Shown here piece after piece: positions 37,701 through 46,174 of a DNA stretch of 64,000 nucleotides; position 1 is the first letter of the stretch, and every line of letters begins with the position of its first letter. The notes beneath the pieces are model-generated. The model was not told the origin of the DNA. It saw nothing but the letters and a program-made list of their open reading frames with translations, and made no database searches. The stretch is from Acidimicrobiales bacterium (GTDB lineage Bacteria; Actinomycetota; Acidimicrobiia; Acidimicrobiales; Bog-793). Both the position numbers and the translations under genes were made by a program. The stretch is from contig DATGLP010000008.1 of NCBI GenBank assembly GCA_035294085.1, positions 87,681 through 151,680 on the forward strand, given 5' to 3'.

Positions 37701-38226
37701 GCCGGCACGCGACGATGGCGGCCTTCGCCGCGAGCACGTCGAAGGAGGTCTCGACGAGCAGGAGGTCCACGCCGCCCTCGAGCAGGCCGCGGGCGAGGAC
37801 CTCGTAGCCGTCCCGCAGCTCGGCGAAGGGGATCTGCGCGAGGGTCGGGGACTTCGTCCCGGGTCCCATGCTGCCGGCGACGAACCGCCGCCGGTCGGGC
37901 GTCGAGTAGCCGTGCGCGACCTCGCGCGCCACCTCGGCTGCTCGACGGGCGAGCTCCTCGGCTCGATGCGCGATGCCGTACTCCGCGAGGACGTGCGGCA
38001 GCGCGCCGAAGGAGTTCGTCTCGACGGCGTCGACGCCGACCTCGAGGAAGGAGCGGTGGAGGTCGGCGACGACGTCGGGCCGGGTCGCCACGAGCAGCTC
38101 GTTGCAGCCCTCGTAGGCCGCGCCCCCGAAGTCGTCCGGTCCGAGCCCGCGAAGCTGCAGGTTCGTCCCCGTCGCCCCGTCGAAGATGACGGCGCGCTCG
38201 CGCAGCAGCTCGAGGTAGCCGGACAC
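34759..38226 (-). CDS. metH: cobalamin-dependent methionine synthase
   Basis: 1155 aa. Has the Hcy-binding ETNSFGA, a pterin-binding module, the B12 motif GDVHDIGKN and a C-terminal AdoMet activation domain. Confidence 0.95.
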   Translation of the reverse strand: MSGYLELLRERAVIFDGATGTNLQLRGLGPDDFGGAAYEGCNELLVATRPDVVADLHRSFLEVGVDAVETNSFGALPHVLAEYGIAHRAEELARRAAEVAREVAHGYSTPDRRRFVAGSMGPGTKSPTLAQIPFAELRDGYEVLARGLLEGGVDLLLVETSFDVLAAKAAIVACRRAMAGVGRRVPLQVQVTVELTGRMLLGTEIAAALCALEAMRPDVVGINCATGPAEMYEPLRYLARHARPALSAMPNAGLPQVVDGRMHYDLTPEALAEHLRAFIAELGVSVVGGCCGSRPEHLAAVVDACFGLVPPRRDVDHEPGASSLYSFVPFAQDQSVLVVGERTNANGSKRFREAMLAGDWDTTTAMARDQVREGAHVIDVCVDYTGADGVADMGEVARRLATQSSVPVMIDSTEAPVVRSALEWLGGRCIINSVNLEEGGGPGTRLDAFLSLAREHGAAVVCTCIDEEGQARTAEWKLRAARAIYDLALGRYGLEPEDLFFDPLALPLSTGMAESRRDGLETIEAIRRIKAELPGTHTIIGLSNVSFGLSPAARQVLNSVFLHECVEAGLDAAIVHAARILPLHRIDERAREVCLDLVYDRRRDGYDPLGALIELFAGVAGPTAAAEDRSGWPVERRLAQRIVDGDRNGLEADLDEALASGLDALAIVNDILLAGMKTVGDLFASGEMQLPFVLQSAETMKAAVAHLEPHMARAAERGRGRIVLATVKGDVHDIGKNLVDIILTNNGYEVHNLGIKVPIADMLDKADEVGADAIGMSGLLVKSTLVMRENLEEMNRRGRHDLPVLLGGAALTRSYVERDLRAVYKGRVFYGRDAFEGLRTLEQIMEHKARGFDDPTFGTERTGRRLPPRRSELLADVDPASLPERSSEVATDNPVFTPPFLGTRVAKGIALDDVAAYLNETALFRNQWGYRPERGESDAEFKTRVRAELRRRLDEARSTGYLVPQVAWGYFAVHAEGNDLVVFADSTRSSELVRFHLPRQRQAPHYCIADFFRPADSGEVDYAAFFVVTMGERATRYAQELFRANRYVDYVSVHGLSVEMTEALAEYWHRRIREEWGFADEDGPTLAGLFRQRYRGGRYSFGYPACPDLEDNAKVVSLLDAGRIGVSVSEGFQLEPEQTTLAIVCHHPQAKYFVV

Positions 38227-38268
38227 GCCCGCCCAGGCTACCGGTGCGGCGCGCGGCGCTCGTACGCC

Positions 38269-38919
38269 TCAGCGGCCCGCCGCGCTCGGCGAGGGCGCCC
38301 GGCAGGCCGGCGCGCCGGCTCGCTGCGCGAGAACCGAGGCGGCGAGGCCGACGCACTGGCGGGCGAGGCTCGCCGGGAAGCGCCAGCGCAGCAGCTGCCG
38401 CTCCGTCTCCTCGGGCGCTTCGCCGAGCTCGAGCAGGCTGAGGGCGAGGCGCTCGCCCCGCCGGCGCAGCGCGTCGGCGGGGGAGGCCGCTGCTGCGGCG
38501 GCCGCGAGGCGCTCGTGCTCCTCGCGCAGCGCGGCCGGCAGCCGGGCGACGTGGCGGCGCGCGAGGGGCGGCAGACGCCGGCGCACCGCCAGGCGCCCGG
38601 CGCCTCGCGGGGCCGCCATGGAGAAGTCGACGGCTCGCGCGACCGTGCGCAGGAACGGGCCGTGGCGGCCGGATCGCTCGCCGAGGCCGAGCGCGCGGGC
38701 GGTCTCCGCGACGTCGAGCACGACGCCCTCGGGCCGCCCGTCGAGGTGCGAGGCCATGAGGCGCAGGAACCAGGTCGTCGAGGGTCCGAGCACCGGGAGC
38801 CAGAAGCGCGCCACGTAGTCCGAGCGGGGGTCGTGACCGAGCCCGTCGACGACCGCGTCGACGAGCGGCTCCACCCGGATCGTCGCGCCGAAGCTGATCC
38901 CCTCGAGGTACGTCGCCAT
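38269..38919 (-). CDS. hypothetical protein, possible winged-helix DNA-binding protein, co-oriented 42 nt upstream of metH
   Basis: 216-aa ORF with very high third-position GC. AGAGAGG lies 6 nt upstream of ATG 38919. FWLPVLGPSTTWFLRLM...LDVAETARALGLG has an HTH-like character. I do not recognise the family. Confidence 0.65.
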   Translation of the reverse strand: MATYLEGISFGATIRVEPLVDAVVDGLGHDPRSDYVARFWLPVLGPSTTWFLRLMASHLDGRPEGVVLDVAETARALGLGERSGRHGPFLRTVARAVDFSMAAPRGAGRLAVRRRLPPLARRHVARLPAALREEHERLAAAAAAASPADALRRRGERLALSLLELGEAPEETERQLLRWRFPASLARQCVGLAASVLAQRAGAPACRAPSPSAAGR

Positions 38920-39161
38920 CGCGAACCTCTCTTGTCCTCGCCTGACCTCGCCTGCTCGCCACGATCGCCTCGGCGTCTACCCGCCTGCCTACCGCGCCGG
39001 GGCCGCGCTGGGCTCGGCCTCGTGCTCGCCGGCGGTGCCGCCGCTCGAGGCGGGCGGCACGCCGGCGAGGGACCGGCCGGATGCGAGAAGATCGCTCGCA
39101 CCGATCCGTCGAAAGGGGGACAGGGAGCAGGTCCGCCCCCCGGTCCTGCCCCGCGCAGCCG

Positions 39162-40367
39162 ATGCTCGAGCTCGACGACGTCAAGGCGGCGGCCGCGCGC
39201 CTCGCCACGGTGCTGAACCCGACGCCGGCCTCCGCCTCGCCCGCACTGTCGCGCGTCGCCGGCCGGCCGGTCCTCGTGAAGCCGGAGCACCTCCAGCGCA
39301 CCGGATCGTTCAAGATCCGCGGCGCGTACAACTTCCTGGCCTCCCTCCTCGAGGAGCGGCCCGCGGCCGAGGTCGTCGCCGCCTCGGCGGGCAACCACGC
39401 CCAGGGCGTCGCCCTGGCGGCGAGCCTCCTCGGGGTGCAGGCAACCATCTTCATGCCCGAGAACGCCCCGCTGCCGAAGGCCGAGGCGACCCGCGCCTAC
39501 GGCGCGCGCGTCGTCCACCACGGGGAGTCGGTCGACGACTGCATCGAGCGAGCCCGCGACCACGCGACGGCGACCGGGGCGACCTTCGTCCCGCCCTTCG
39601 ACGACCTCGCCGTGATCGCCGGCCAGGCGACGATCGGCCTCGAGCTCGTGGCCGAGGCGCCCGAGGCACGCGTCGTGGTCGTCCCCGTGGGCGGTGGCGG
39701 CCTCGTGAGCGGGGTCGCGGCGGCGCTCAAGCAGTCGGATCCCTCCGTGCGCGTCGTCGGGGTCGAGGCGGCCGGGGCGGCCTCGATGGCCGCCGCGCTC
39801 GCCGCGGGTCGACCGGTCGCTCTCGGCTCCGCCCGCACGATGGCCGACGGCATCGCGGTGCGCTGCGTGTCCGACCTCACCCTCGAGCACGTGCGCCGCT
39901 ACGTCGACGAGCTCGTGACCGTCGAGGAGGAGGAGATCAGTCGCGCCGTCCTCGTGCTCCTCGAGCGGGCGAAGTGGGTGGTCGAGCCGGCAGGCGCCGC
40001 GGCGCTCGCCGCGCTGCTCGCTGGCAAGGTGGACGGCTCGGGGTGCGTGCTCGCCGTCCTCTCGGGCGGCAACATCGACCCGCTCCTGCTCACGCGGATC
40101 GTCGAGCACGGGCTCGCGTCGGCCGGGCGCTTCGTCACCCTGCGCGTCGTCCTGCGTGACCGCCCCGGAGCGCTCGCCGCGCTCGCCGGCGCGCTCGGCG
40201 CGCTCGGCCTCAACGTCCTGAGCGTCGAGCACCACCGCTCGGGCGCGGCGGTGGGCGTCGACGAGGTGGAGGTCCTCCTCACGGCCGAGACGCGCGATCC
40301 CTCCCACCGGGACCAGGTCGTTCCGGTGCTGCGAGCGCAGGGGTTCGCCGCCGAGTCGCTGCGCTGA
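39162..40367 (+). CDS. ilvA: threonine ammonia-lyase (threonine dehydratase)
   Basis: PLP-lysine motif TGSFKIRGA, SAGNHAQG, GGGGL and a C-terminal ACT-like domain. ATG 39162 was chosen because the upstream in-frame stretch has low third-position GC. Confidence 0.9.
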   Translation: MLELDDVKAAAARLATVLNPTPASASPALSRVAGRPVLVKPEHLQRTGSFKIRGAYNFLASLLEERPAAEVVAASAGNHAQGVALAASLLGVQATIFMPENAPLPKAEATRAYGARVVHHGESVDDCIERARDHATATGATFVPPFDDLAVIAGQATIGLELVAEAPEARVVVVPVGGGGLVSGVAAALKQSDPSVRVVGVEAAGAASMAAALAAGRPVALGSARTMADGIAVRCVSDLTLEHVRRYVDELVTVEEEEISRAVLVLLERAKWVVEPAGAAALAALLAGKVDGSGCVLAVLSGGNIDPLLLTRIVEHGLASAGRFVTLRVVLRDRPGALAALAGALGALGLNVLSVEHHRSGAAVGVDEVEVLLTAETRDPSHRDQVVPVLRAQGFAAESLR

Positions 40368-40450
40368 AGGCCGCGCCGCGCTGCGCCGGGCGGTCGCGGC
40401 CGGCCGAGGGGCGGTGCGGTGGGCGCCGGGTCGGGCTCGCCCCGACGGCC

Positions 40451-41080
40451 TCAGCGGCTGCCGAGCGACGGGCTGGCCGGCGCGGCGGACCACCGGTCGA
40501 GGTGGACGCGCCGGCGCGCCGGGGCGCGGCGCGACGGGCGCGCCTCGCCGAGCGCCTCGCCGAGGGCGATCGCCCCGATCGAGCGCCGCCCCGGCGGGAC
40601 GCCGAGCGCGGCGAGCAGCGCCGCCTCGTCGCCGTGGACCTGGAAGAAGAGCGCGCCGAGGCCGACGTCCGTCGCCGCGAGCAGGACGAGCATCGCCGCG
40701 AAGGCGGCGTCGACGAGCCAGTAGGGAACCGGCCAGTCCTCGAGCGCACGCCCCGCGAGCCGTGCGCGCGCCTTGTCCGGCGCCGCGTAGCGGGCGAGGT
40801 AGGCGGCGGGGTCGGCGAGCGGGAGGACGATCGCGGGCGCGTCGAGCAGGCCGGCGGCCTGGGGGTCGCCCTCCCGCCAGCTCGCGTCGCTCGCGGCCTG
40901 CCAGAAGCGACGGCGGGCCACCGGGTCGACGAGGCAGAGCAGGTCGACGCCGCGGGTGTTGCCCGCCGACGGAGCGGCGAGCCCGGCGCGAAGGACGCGC
41001 TCGAGGCGACCCGGGTCGATCGGATCGGGCGAGAACCGGCGCGCCATGCGCCGTCGCCGGAGCACCTCCTCGAGCTCCAC
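40451..41080 (-). CDS. nitroreductase-family protein
   Basis: 209 aa: LRRRRMARRFSPDPIDPGRLERVLRAGLAAPSAGNTRG is the classic nitroreductase N-terminal block. Confidence 0.8.
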   Translation of the reverse strand: MELEEVLRRRRMARRFSPDPIDPGRLERVLRAGLAAPSAGNTRGVDLLCLVDPVARRRFWQAASDASWREGDPQAAGLLDAPAIVLPLADPAAYLARYAAPDKARARLAGRALEDWPVPYWLVDAAFAAMLVLLAATDVGLGALFFQVHGDEAALLAALGVPPGRRSIGAIALGEALGEARPSRRAPARRRVHLDRWSAAPASPSLGSR

Positions 41081-41086
41081 CGTCGC

Positions 41087-41092
41087 ACGGTA
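41087..41092 (-). promoter_or_regulatory. -10-like TACCGT exactly 6 nt upstream of the nitroreductase GTG (leaderless signature)
   Basis: Minus strand reads TACCGT-gcgacg-GTG(41080). Confidence 0.45.
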
Positions 41093-41195
41093 GCTCGCGC
41101 CGCGGCCGGGAATGCTGAGCGCGTTGGTAGTGTTTTAGGTGCCGGCGGAGCGCCGAGGAGCCCCTCGCCGCCGCGCTGGACGGGAAGGAGCGGTC

Positions 41196-42368
41196 GTGCC
41201 GAGCTTCAGAGACTTGCTGGCCGAGGTCAAGCGGGAGATCCGGGAGGTCGACCCGGCCGAGGCCGAGGCGCTGCGGCCCGGGGCGGTCTTCCTCGACGTG
41301 CGCGAGGCCGACGAGTACGAGCAGGGCGCCATCCCCGGCGCCGTCCACCTGCCCCGTGGCTTCCTCGAGGTGCAGGTCGAGGGGCGCCTGCCCCACAAGG
41401 ACAGCCCGATCGTCGTCTACTGCGCCGGCGGCGTGCGCTCGGCGCTCGCGGCGAAGGCCCTCCAGGAGCTCGGCTACCGCGACGTCGTCTCGATGGCCGG
41501 CGGGTTCAACCGCTGGAAGGACGAGGGGCGCGAGTGGCTCGTCCCGCGCGTGCTGAACGCCGACCAGCGCAACCGCTACCACCGGCACCTCCTGCTCCCC
41601 GAGGTCGGCGAGGCGGGCCAGCAGAAGCTCCTCGAATCGAAGGTCCTCCTCCTCGGGGCGGGCGGGCTCGGCTCCCCGGCCGCGCTCTACCTCGCCGCGG
41701 CCGGCGTGGGCACGCTCGGCATCATCGACATGGACGTCGTCGACGCGTCGAACCTCCAGCGGCAGATCCTCCACAACCTGGAGCGCATCGGCGAGCGCAA
41801 GGTGGACTCGGCGAAGAAGACGCTCACGGCGCTCAACCCGGACGTCAACGTCGTCACCCACGACGTGCGCCTCGGGGCCGACAACGTCGTGGAGCTCTTC
41901 TCCGACTACGACCTCGTCGTCGACGGAACCGACAACTTCCCGACGCGCTACCTCGTCAACGACGCCTCGCTCGTGACCCGCACGCCGGTCGTCCACGGGT
42001 CGATCTTCCGCTTCGAGGGCCAGGTCACCGTGTTCGACCCCTACAACGGCCCCTGCTACCGCTGCCTCGTCCCCGAGCCGCCGCCCCCCGAGCTCGCGCC
42101 CTCCTGCGCCGAGGCAGGCGTGCTCGGCGTGCTCTGTGGGATCGTCGGCTCGCTCCAGGCCGTCGAGGCGGTGAAGCTGCTGCTCGGCCTCGGCGACCCG
42201 CTCGTCGGGCGGCTCCTCGCCTACGACGCCCTCCGCCAGGACTTCCGCACCCTCCGCTACCGCCGGGACCCGGACTGCCCCGCCTGCGGCGAGGCGGCGG
42301 GCGAGATCGTGATCGCGGAGTACGACCAGCTCTGCATGCCGCACCCGACGGTGCAGCTCACCTCCTGA
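41196..42368 (+). CDS. E1-like adenylyltransferase/sulfurtransferase (ThiF/MoeB family) with N-terminal rhodanese domain
   Basis: Rhodanese domain: FLDVREADEYEQGAIPGAVHLP...IVVYCAGGVRS. ThiF domain: RYHRHLLLPEVGEAGQQKL...LLGAGGLGSPAALYLAAAGVG...SNLQRQ, with CYRC...CPAC. GTG 41196 has GGAAGGAG upstream. Confidence 0.85.
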   Translation: MPSFRDLLAEVKREIREVDPAEAEALRPGAVFLDVREADEYEQGAIPGAVHLPRGFLEVQVEGRLPHKDSPIVVYCAGGVRSALAAKALQELGYRDVVSMAGGFNRWKDEGREWLVPRVLNADQRNRYHRHLLLPEVGEAGQQKLLESKVLLLGAGGLGSPAALYLAAAGVGTLGIIDMDVVDASNLQRQILHNLERIGERKVDSAKKTLTALNPDVNVVTHDVRLGADNVVELFSDYDLVVDGTDNFPTRYLVNDASLVTRTPVVHGSIFRFEGQVTVFDPYNGPCYRCLVPEPPPPELAPSCAEAGVLGVLCGIVGSLQAVEAVKLLLGLGDPLVGRLLAYDALRQDFRTLRYRRDPDCPACGEAAGEIVIAEYDQLCMPHPTVQLTS

Positions 42369-42374
42369 TCCCCC

Positions 42375-43541
42375 TCAGGACCGGCGGTAGGCGGCGGCGA
42401 GCAGGCGCTCGCGCTCGCGGTCGTCGCTGGCGAGGTCGACCACGGTCCAGGCCATCGCCGTCGCGCCCTCGACGAGGGCTTCGTCGGCGACCGGGGTGAC
42501 GCAGTGGGCGGCGAAGGCCGCCTGGTGGTTGACGGCCGGGTACGAGTGCAGCCCGAGGGTCGGGTGGATGGCGGGGATGGCGAGCGAGACGTTCGCCATG
42601 TCCGTCGAGGCGGCGATCAGCCGCTCGGCCGGCGGGTCGAAGACGCGCCCGAGCGCCTCCGCGTTGCGCCGGTAGAGGGCGCCGATCGCCTCGTCGGGCA
42701 CGAACTCCGAGTACGGCGGGCTGAGCTGGACGAACTCGACCGACGCACCGGTCGCGAGGGCGCCCGCCTCGAAGCAGCGCCGGACGCGCGCCTCCCAGCC
42801 CGCGAGCGCCGCGAGCGTCGACGAGCGCGCGTAGAAGCGGGCCTCGGCGCGCGCCGGGACGACGTTCGGGGCGCCGCCGCCGTAGGTGACGATGCCGTGC
42901 ACCTGGTCCCCCGGGTTGGCGTGCTGGCGCAGCAGGCCGATCGCCACCTGGGCGATCGTGAGCGCGTCGGCGGCGTTCACCCCGAGCTCGGGGTACGCCG
43001 AGGCGTGCGCCTCGCGTCCGTGCATGCGCACCTCGAAGTGGCTGACGGCCCGGCACGGCATCTGCACGAGCTCGGTGGGCCAGGGGTGCACCATCATCGC
43101 CGCCTGGATCCCGTCGAAGCCGCCGCGCTCGAGCATGAGGATCTTGCCGCCGCCGCTCTCCTCGGCGGGTGTGCCGAGCACCCGGACGGTGAGGCCGAGC
43201 TCGTCGGCGAGCGGCGCGAGCGCGAGGCCGGCGCCGACGGCCGCGGCGGCGATGACGTTGTGGCCGCAGGCGTGGCCGACCTCGGGCAGCGCGTCGTACT
43301 CGCAGCAGATCCCGACGGTGAGCGGCCCGCTGCCTGTCGAGGCGACGAAGGCCGTCTCGAGGTCGCACGCGCCGCGCTCGACCTCGAAGCCGCCGCGCTC
43401 GAGCTCCTCCGCGCACCAGCGCGAGGCGAGCACCTCCTCGAACGCGAGCTCGGGGTGGGCGTGGATGCGGTGGGAGAGCTCGACGAGGCGCTCGGCGCGT
43501 CCGGCGACGCCGGCCGCGCAGGCGGCACGCGGGTCGCTCAC
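42375..43541 (-). CDS. M20-family amidohydrolase (aminoacylase/AbgB-like)
   Basis: GTG 43541 overlaps the accA stop (GTGA). Contains [18 protein letters not shown] and [11 protein letters not shown]. Confidence 0.85.
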   Translation of the reverse strand: MSDPRAACAAGVAGRAERLVELSHRIHAHPELAFEEVLASRWCAEELERGGFEVERGACDLETAFVASTGSGPLTVGICCEYDALPEVGHACGHNVIAAAAVGAGLALAPLADELGLTVRVLGTPAEESGGGKILMLERGGFDGIQAAMMVHPWPTELVQMPCRAVSHFEVRMHGREAHASAYPELGVNAADALTIAQVAIGLLRQHANPGDQVHGIVTYGGGAPNVVPARAEARFYARSSTLAALAGWEARVRRCFEAGALATGASVEFVQLSPPYSEFVPDEAIGALYRRNAEALGRVFDPPAERLIAASTDMANVSLAIPAIHPTLGLHSYPAVNHQAAFAAHCVTPVADEALVEGATAMAWTVVDLASDDRERERLLAAAYRRS

Positions 43542-45289
43542 GCCAGCACCGCCACGACGTCGCCCGGCCCGAGGGCGTCGCCGACTCGCACGCGCACCTC
43601 GGCGATCGTGCCCGCCCGCGGGGAGCGGACGGGGTTCTCCATCTTCATCGCCTCGAGGACGCACACGACGTCGCCGGCCTCGACCTCGTCGCCGGCCGTG
43701 ACGCCGACGGCGACGATCGTGCCCTGCATCGGCACGGTGATCGCCCGCTCGTCGCCCCCCCCGGCGAGGGCGTGCGGGCGGCGCGGCGTCCTGCCGGCGC
43801 TCCGTCCGGCCGCAGCGCCGGGCGGGTGCTCGGGGACCCACAGCCGGACGCGGTAGCGGCGGCCATCGACCTCGGCGTCGACGGTGCGCAGCACGCGGCC
43901 GTCCTCCCGGTGCGCCCCCTCGGCGAGCCGGGGCTCCTCGATCCCCGAGAGGTCGACCCGCTCCTCGACGAAGCGCGTGGAGTGCGTGGCGGCGACGAAG
44001 TCGGCGTGGCGCAGGATCGCCCGCACGGCGGGGATCGTCGTCGCGACGCCCTCGACGACCATCTCCTCGAGGGCTCGCAGCAGGCGGCGGCGCGCCGCCT
44101 CGCGCTCGGGGCCCCACGCGGCGACCTTGGCGATCAGGTTGTCGAAGGCCGGCGACACGGCGTCGCCCGACTCGTAGCCGGCGTCCACCCGCACGAAGGG
44201 GCCCGCCGGCGCCGACAGCCGGGTGATCGTGCCGGGCGTCGGGACGAAGGCGCCGTGGCGGGCGTCCTCGGCGTTGATCCGGCACTCGATGGCGTGGCCG
44301 CGCCGCTCGATCTCGTCCTGGCTGAACGGCAGCGGCTCGCCCGCCGCGACCGACAGCTGGAGCGCGACGAGGTCGAGCCCCGTGACGAGCTCGGTGACGG
44401 GGTGCTCGACCTGGAGGCGGGTGTTCATCTCGAGGAAGTAGAAGGCGGCGCCGTCGAGGAGGAACTCGACGGTCCCCGCGTTCGTGTAGTGGCACGCACG
44501 TGCCACCTCGACCGCGGCCGTGCCCATCGCCCGCCGGAGCTCCTCGCTCAGGCCCGGCGCCGGCGCCTCCTCGACGAGCTTCTGGTGGCGCCGCTGCGAG
44601 GAGCAGTCCCGCTCGCCGAGCCACACGAGGTTGCCGTGGTGGTCGCCGAGTACCTGCACCTCGACGTGGCGCGGCCACGCGAGGTAGCGCTCGAGGTAGA
44701 CCTCCGGGCGTCCGAAGGACGCGGCGGCCTCGCGCCGTGCCGACTCGAGGGCGCCGGCAGCCTCTGCCGGGGAGGCGACCACCTTCATGCCGCGCCCGCC
44801 GCCGCCGTAGGAGGCCTTGATGGCGACGGGCCAGCCGTGGTGCTCCCCGAACTCGACGACCTCCTCGGGCCGCTCGACGGGCTCGGTGCTGCCGGGCACG
44901 CTCGCGACGCCGGCTGCCTGGGCGGCGAGGCGCGCCCGCAGCTTGGAGCCCATCGTCTCGATGGCCTCCGGAGGCGGCCCGACGAAGACCGCGCCCGCCG
45001 CCGCGACCGCCTCCGCGAAGGCGGCGTTCTCCGAGAGGAAGCCGTAGCCGGGGTGGACCGCCTCGGCGCCGGAGCGCTTGCAGACCTCGAGGAGGGCGTC
45101 GATGTTGAGGTACGTCTGCGCGACCGTCTGACCCTCGAGCGGGTACGCCTCGTCGGCGACGCGCACGTGGTAGGCGTCGCGGTCGTCCTCGGCGTAGACG
45201 GCCACCGAGCGGATGCCGAGCTCGCGGCAGGTGCGCGCGACGCGCACGGCGATCTCGCCTCGGTTGGCGATGAGGACTGTCCCGAACAC
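43538..45289 (-). CDS. accA: acyl-CoA carboxylase alpha subunit (biotin carboxylase + BCCP)
   Basis: Contains [13 protein letters not shown], an ATP-grasp core, and the C-terminal biotinyl motif EAMKMEN. Confidence 0.9.
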   Translation of the reverse strand: MFGTVLIANRGEIAVRVARTCRELGIRSVAVYAEDDRDAYHVRVADEAYPLEGQTVAQTYLNIDALLEVCKRSGAEAVHPGYGFLSENAAFAEAVAAAGAVFVGPPPEAIETMGSKLRARLAAQAAGVASVPGSTEPVERPEEVVEFGEHHGWPVAIKASYGGGGRGMKVVASPAEAAGALESARREAAASFGRPEVYLERYLAWPRHVEVQVLGDHHGNLVWLGERDCSSQRRHQKLVEEAPAPGLSEELRRAMGTAAVEVARACHYTNAGTVEFLLDGAAFYFLEMNTRLQVEHPVTELVTGLDLVALQLSVAAGEPLPFSQDEIERRGHAIECRINAEDARHGAFVPTPGTITRLSAPAGPFVRVDAGYESGDAVSPAFDNLIAKVAAWGPEREAARRRLLRALEEMVVEGVATTIPAVRAILRHADFVAATHSTRFVEERVDLSGIEEPRLAEGAHREDGRVLRTVDAEVDGRRYRVRLWVPEHPPGAAAGRSAGRTPRRPHALAGGGDERAITVPMQGTIVAVGVTAGDEVEAGDVVCVLEAMKMENPVRSPRAGTIAEVRVRVGDALGPGDVVAVLA

Positions 45290-45361
45290 GCGCCCCTCTC
45301 ACGGCCTATCGTTCGCCCACCAGGGCTCCACCGGGTGCTGGCGAGAGGCTAGTTCCGAGCG

Positions 45362-46132
45362 ATGCGCTTCACGAGTGTCGTCCGTCTCGCCGAGGTCGAC
45401 TCGACGAACCGGGTCGCCCTCGCCGAGGCGCGCCGCGGCGCCCCGGAGGGCCTCGTCGTCGTCGCCGACCACCAGCACGCCGGGCGCGGCCGGCGCGGGC
45501 GCCGGTGGGTGAGCCCACCGGGGGCCTCCCTCCTGTGCTCGGTGCTGTTCCGCCCGCCGCTTCGTCGCGAGGAGCTCCACCTCGTCCCGAGCGCCCTCTC
45601 GCTGGCCGCGCTCGACGCCGTCGAGGCGACGAGCGGCCTGCGAGCCTCGCTCAAGTGGCCGAACGACCTCGTCGCCGGTCCTCGCAAGCTCGGCGGCGCC
45701 CTCGCCGAGCTCGCCGAGGGCGTGCCCGTCGCCGTCGTCGTCGGGATCGGCGTCAACCTCGCCTGGCCAGCCGGCTGGCCGCCGTCGGGCGGGGAGCTCG
45801 CGCGCGAGCTGGCCGGCGCCACGACGCTCGAGGCCGAGACGGGCCGGGCCGTGGCGCCCGGCACGCTCCTCGACGCGCTCCTCGCGGCCCTCGAGCGCCG
45901 CTACGAGACCCTGCTCGCGCCGCAGGGCGTGGCGGCGACGGCGGCGGCCTACGAAGCAGCGTGCGCGACGCTCGGCCAGCGCGTGCGCGTCGAGCTCGAG
46001 GGGGAGGTGCTCCTCGGTCGGGCGGTCCGCCTCGCGCCGGACGGGCGCCTCGTCGTGGCGCTCGAGGGCGGCGGCGAGCGCCGCCTCGAGGTGGGCGACG
46101 TCGTCCACCTCGGCCGGGCCGAGCCCGACTGA
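45362..46132 (+). CDS. birA: biotin--[acetyl-CoA-carboxylase] ligase (class I, no HTH domain)
   Basis: Contains HQHAGRGRRGRRW and LKWPNDL. At 256 aa it lacks an N-terminal DNA-binding domain. Confidence 0.85.
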   Translation: MRFTSVVRLAEVDSTNRVALAEARRGAPEGLVVVADHQHAGRGRRGRRWVSPPGASLLCSVLFRPPLRREELHLVPSALSLAALDAVEATSGLRASLKWPNDLVAGPRKLGGALAELAEGVPVAVVVGIGVNLAWPAGWPPSGGELARELAGATTLEAETGRAVAPGTLLDALLAALERRYETLLAPQGVAATAAAYEAACATLGQRVRVELEGEVLLGRAVRLAPDGRLVVALEGGGERRLEVGDVVHLGRAEPD

Positions 46133-46174
46133 GCGGGTCCGCCGCAGCGGCGGGAGCAGTTACCCTTTCCGGCC

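Noticed and set aside
38920-39161. Possible SAH, SAM or cobalamin riboswitch in the leader of the hypothetical-metH operon (or an ilvA leader element).
   Set aside because: By eye I could not find the conserved cores I remember (B12 box, SAH pseudoknot pairing CCGAGG/CUCGG). The TCAGGCGAGGACAA stretch is only superficially similar. An Rfam scan is needed, and the region is not reported as a feature.
39081-39161. ATG 39081 as the ilvA start (it has GAGGGA 8 nt upstream).
   Set aside because: The extension (MREDRSHRSVERGTGSRS...) has low third-position GC and is not like threonine dehydratase N-termini. MLELDDVKAAAARL at ATG 39162 fits the family.
33992-39454. Giant track ORFs: 33992..39454 (1820 aa), 54490..59820 (1776 aa), 38238..42344 (1368 aa), 25107..28664 and 21824..25375 (N-terminal parts), 1430..3880 and similar.
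   Set aside because: Their translations are Arg/Pro/Ala/Gly low-complexity. They lie antisense or out of frame to genes with clear catalytic motifs. Stop codons are rare at this GC content, so long open frames are expected by chance. Only the terminal in-frame portions that match real proteins were kept.
41139-41195. GTG 41139 as the start of the rhodanese-ThiF gene (TAGTGT lies 5 nt upstream, which looks leaderless).
   Set aside because: Third-position GC of 41139-41195 is only about 60%, against over 90% in the coding parts. GGAAGGAG precedes GTG 41196. The stretch is treated as 5' UTR.
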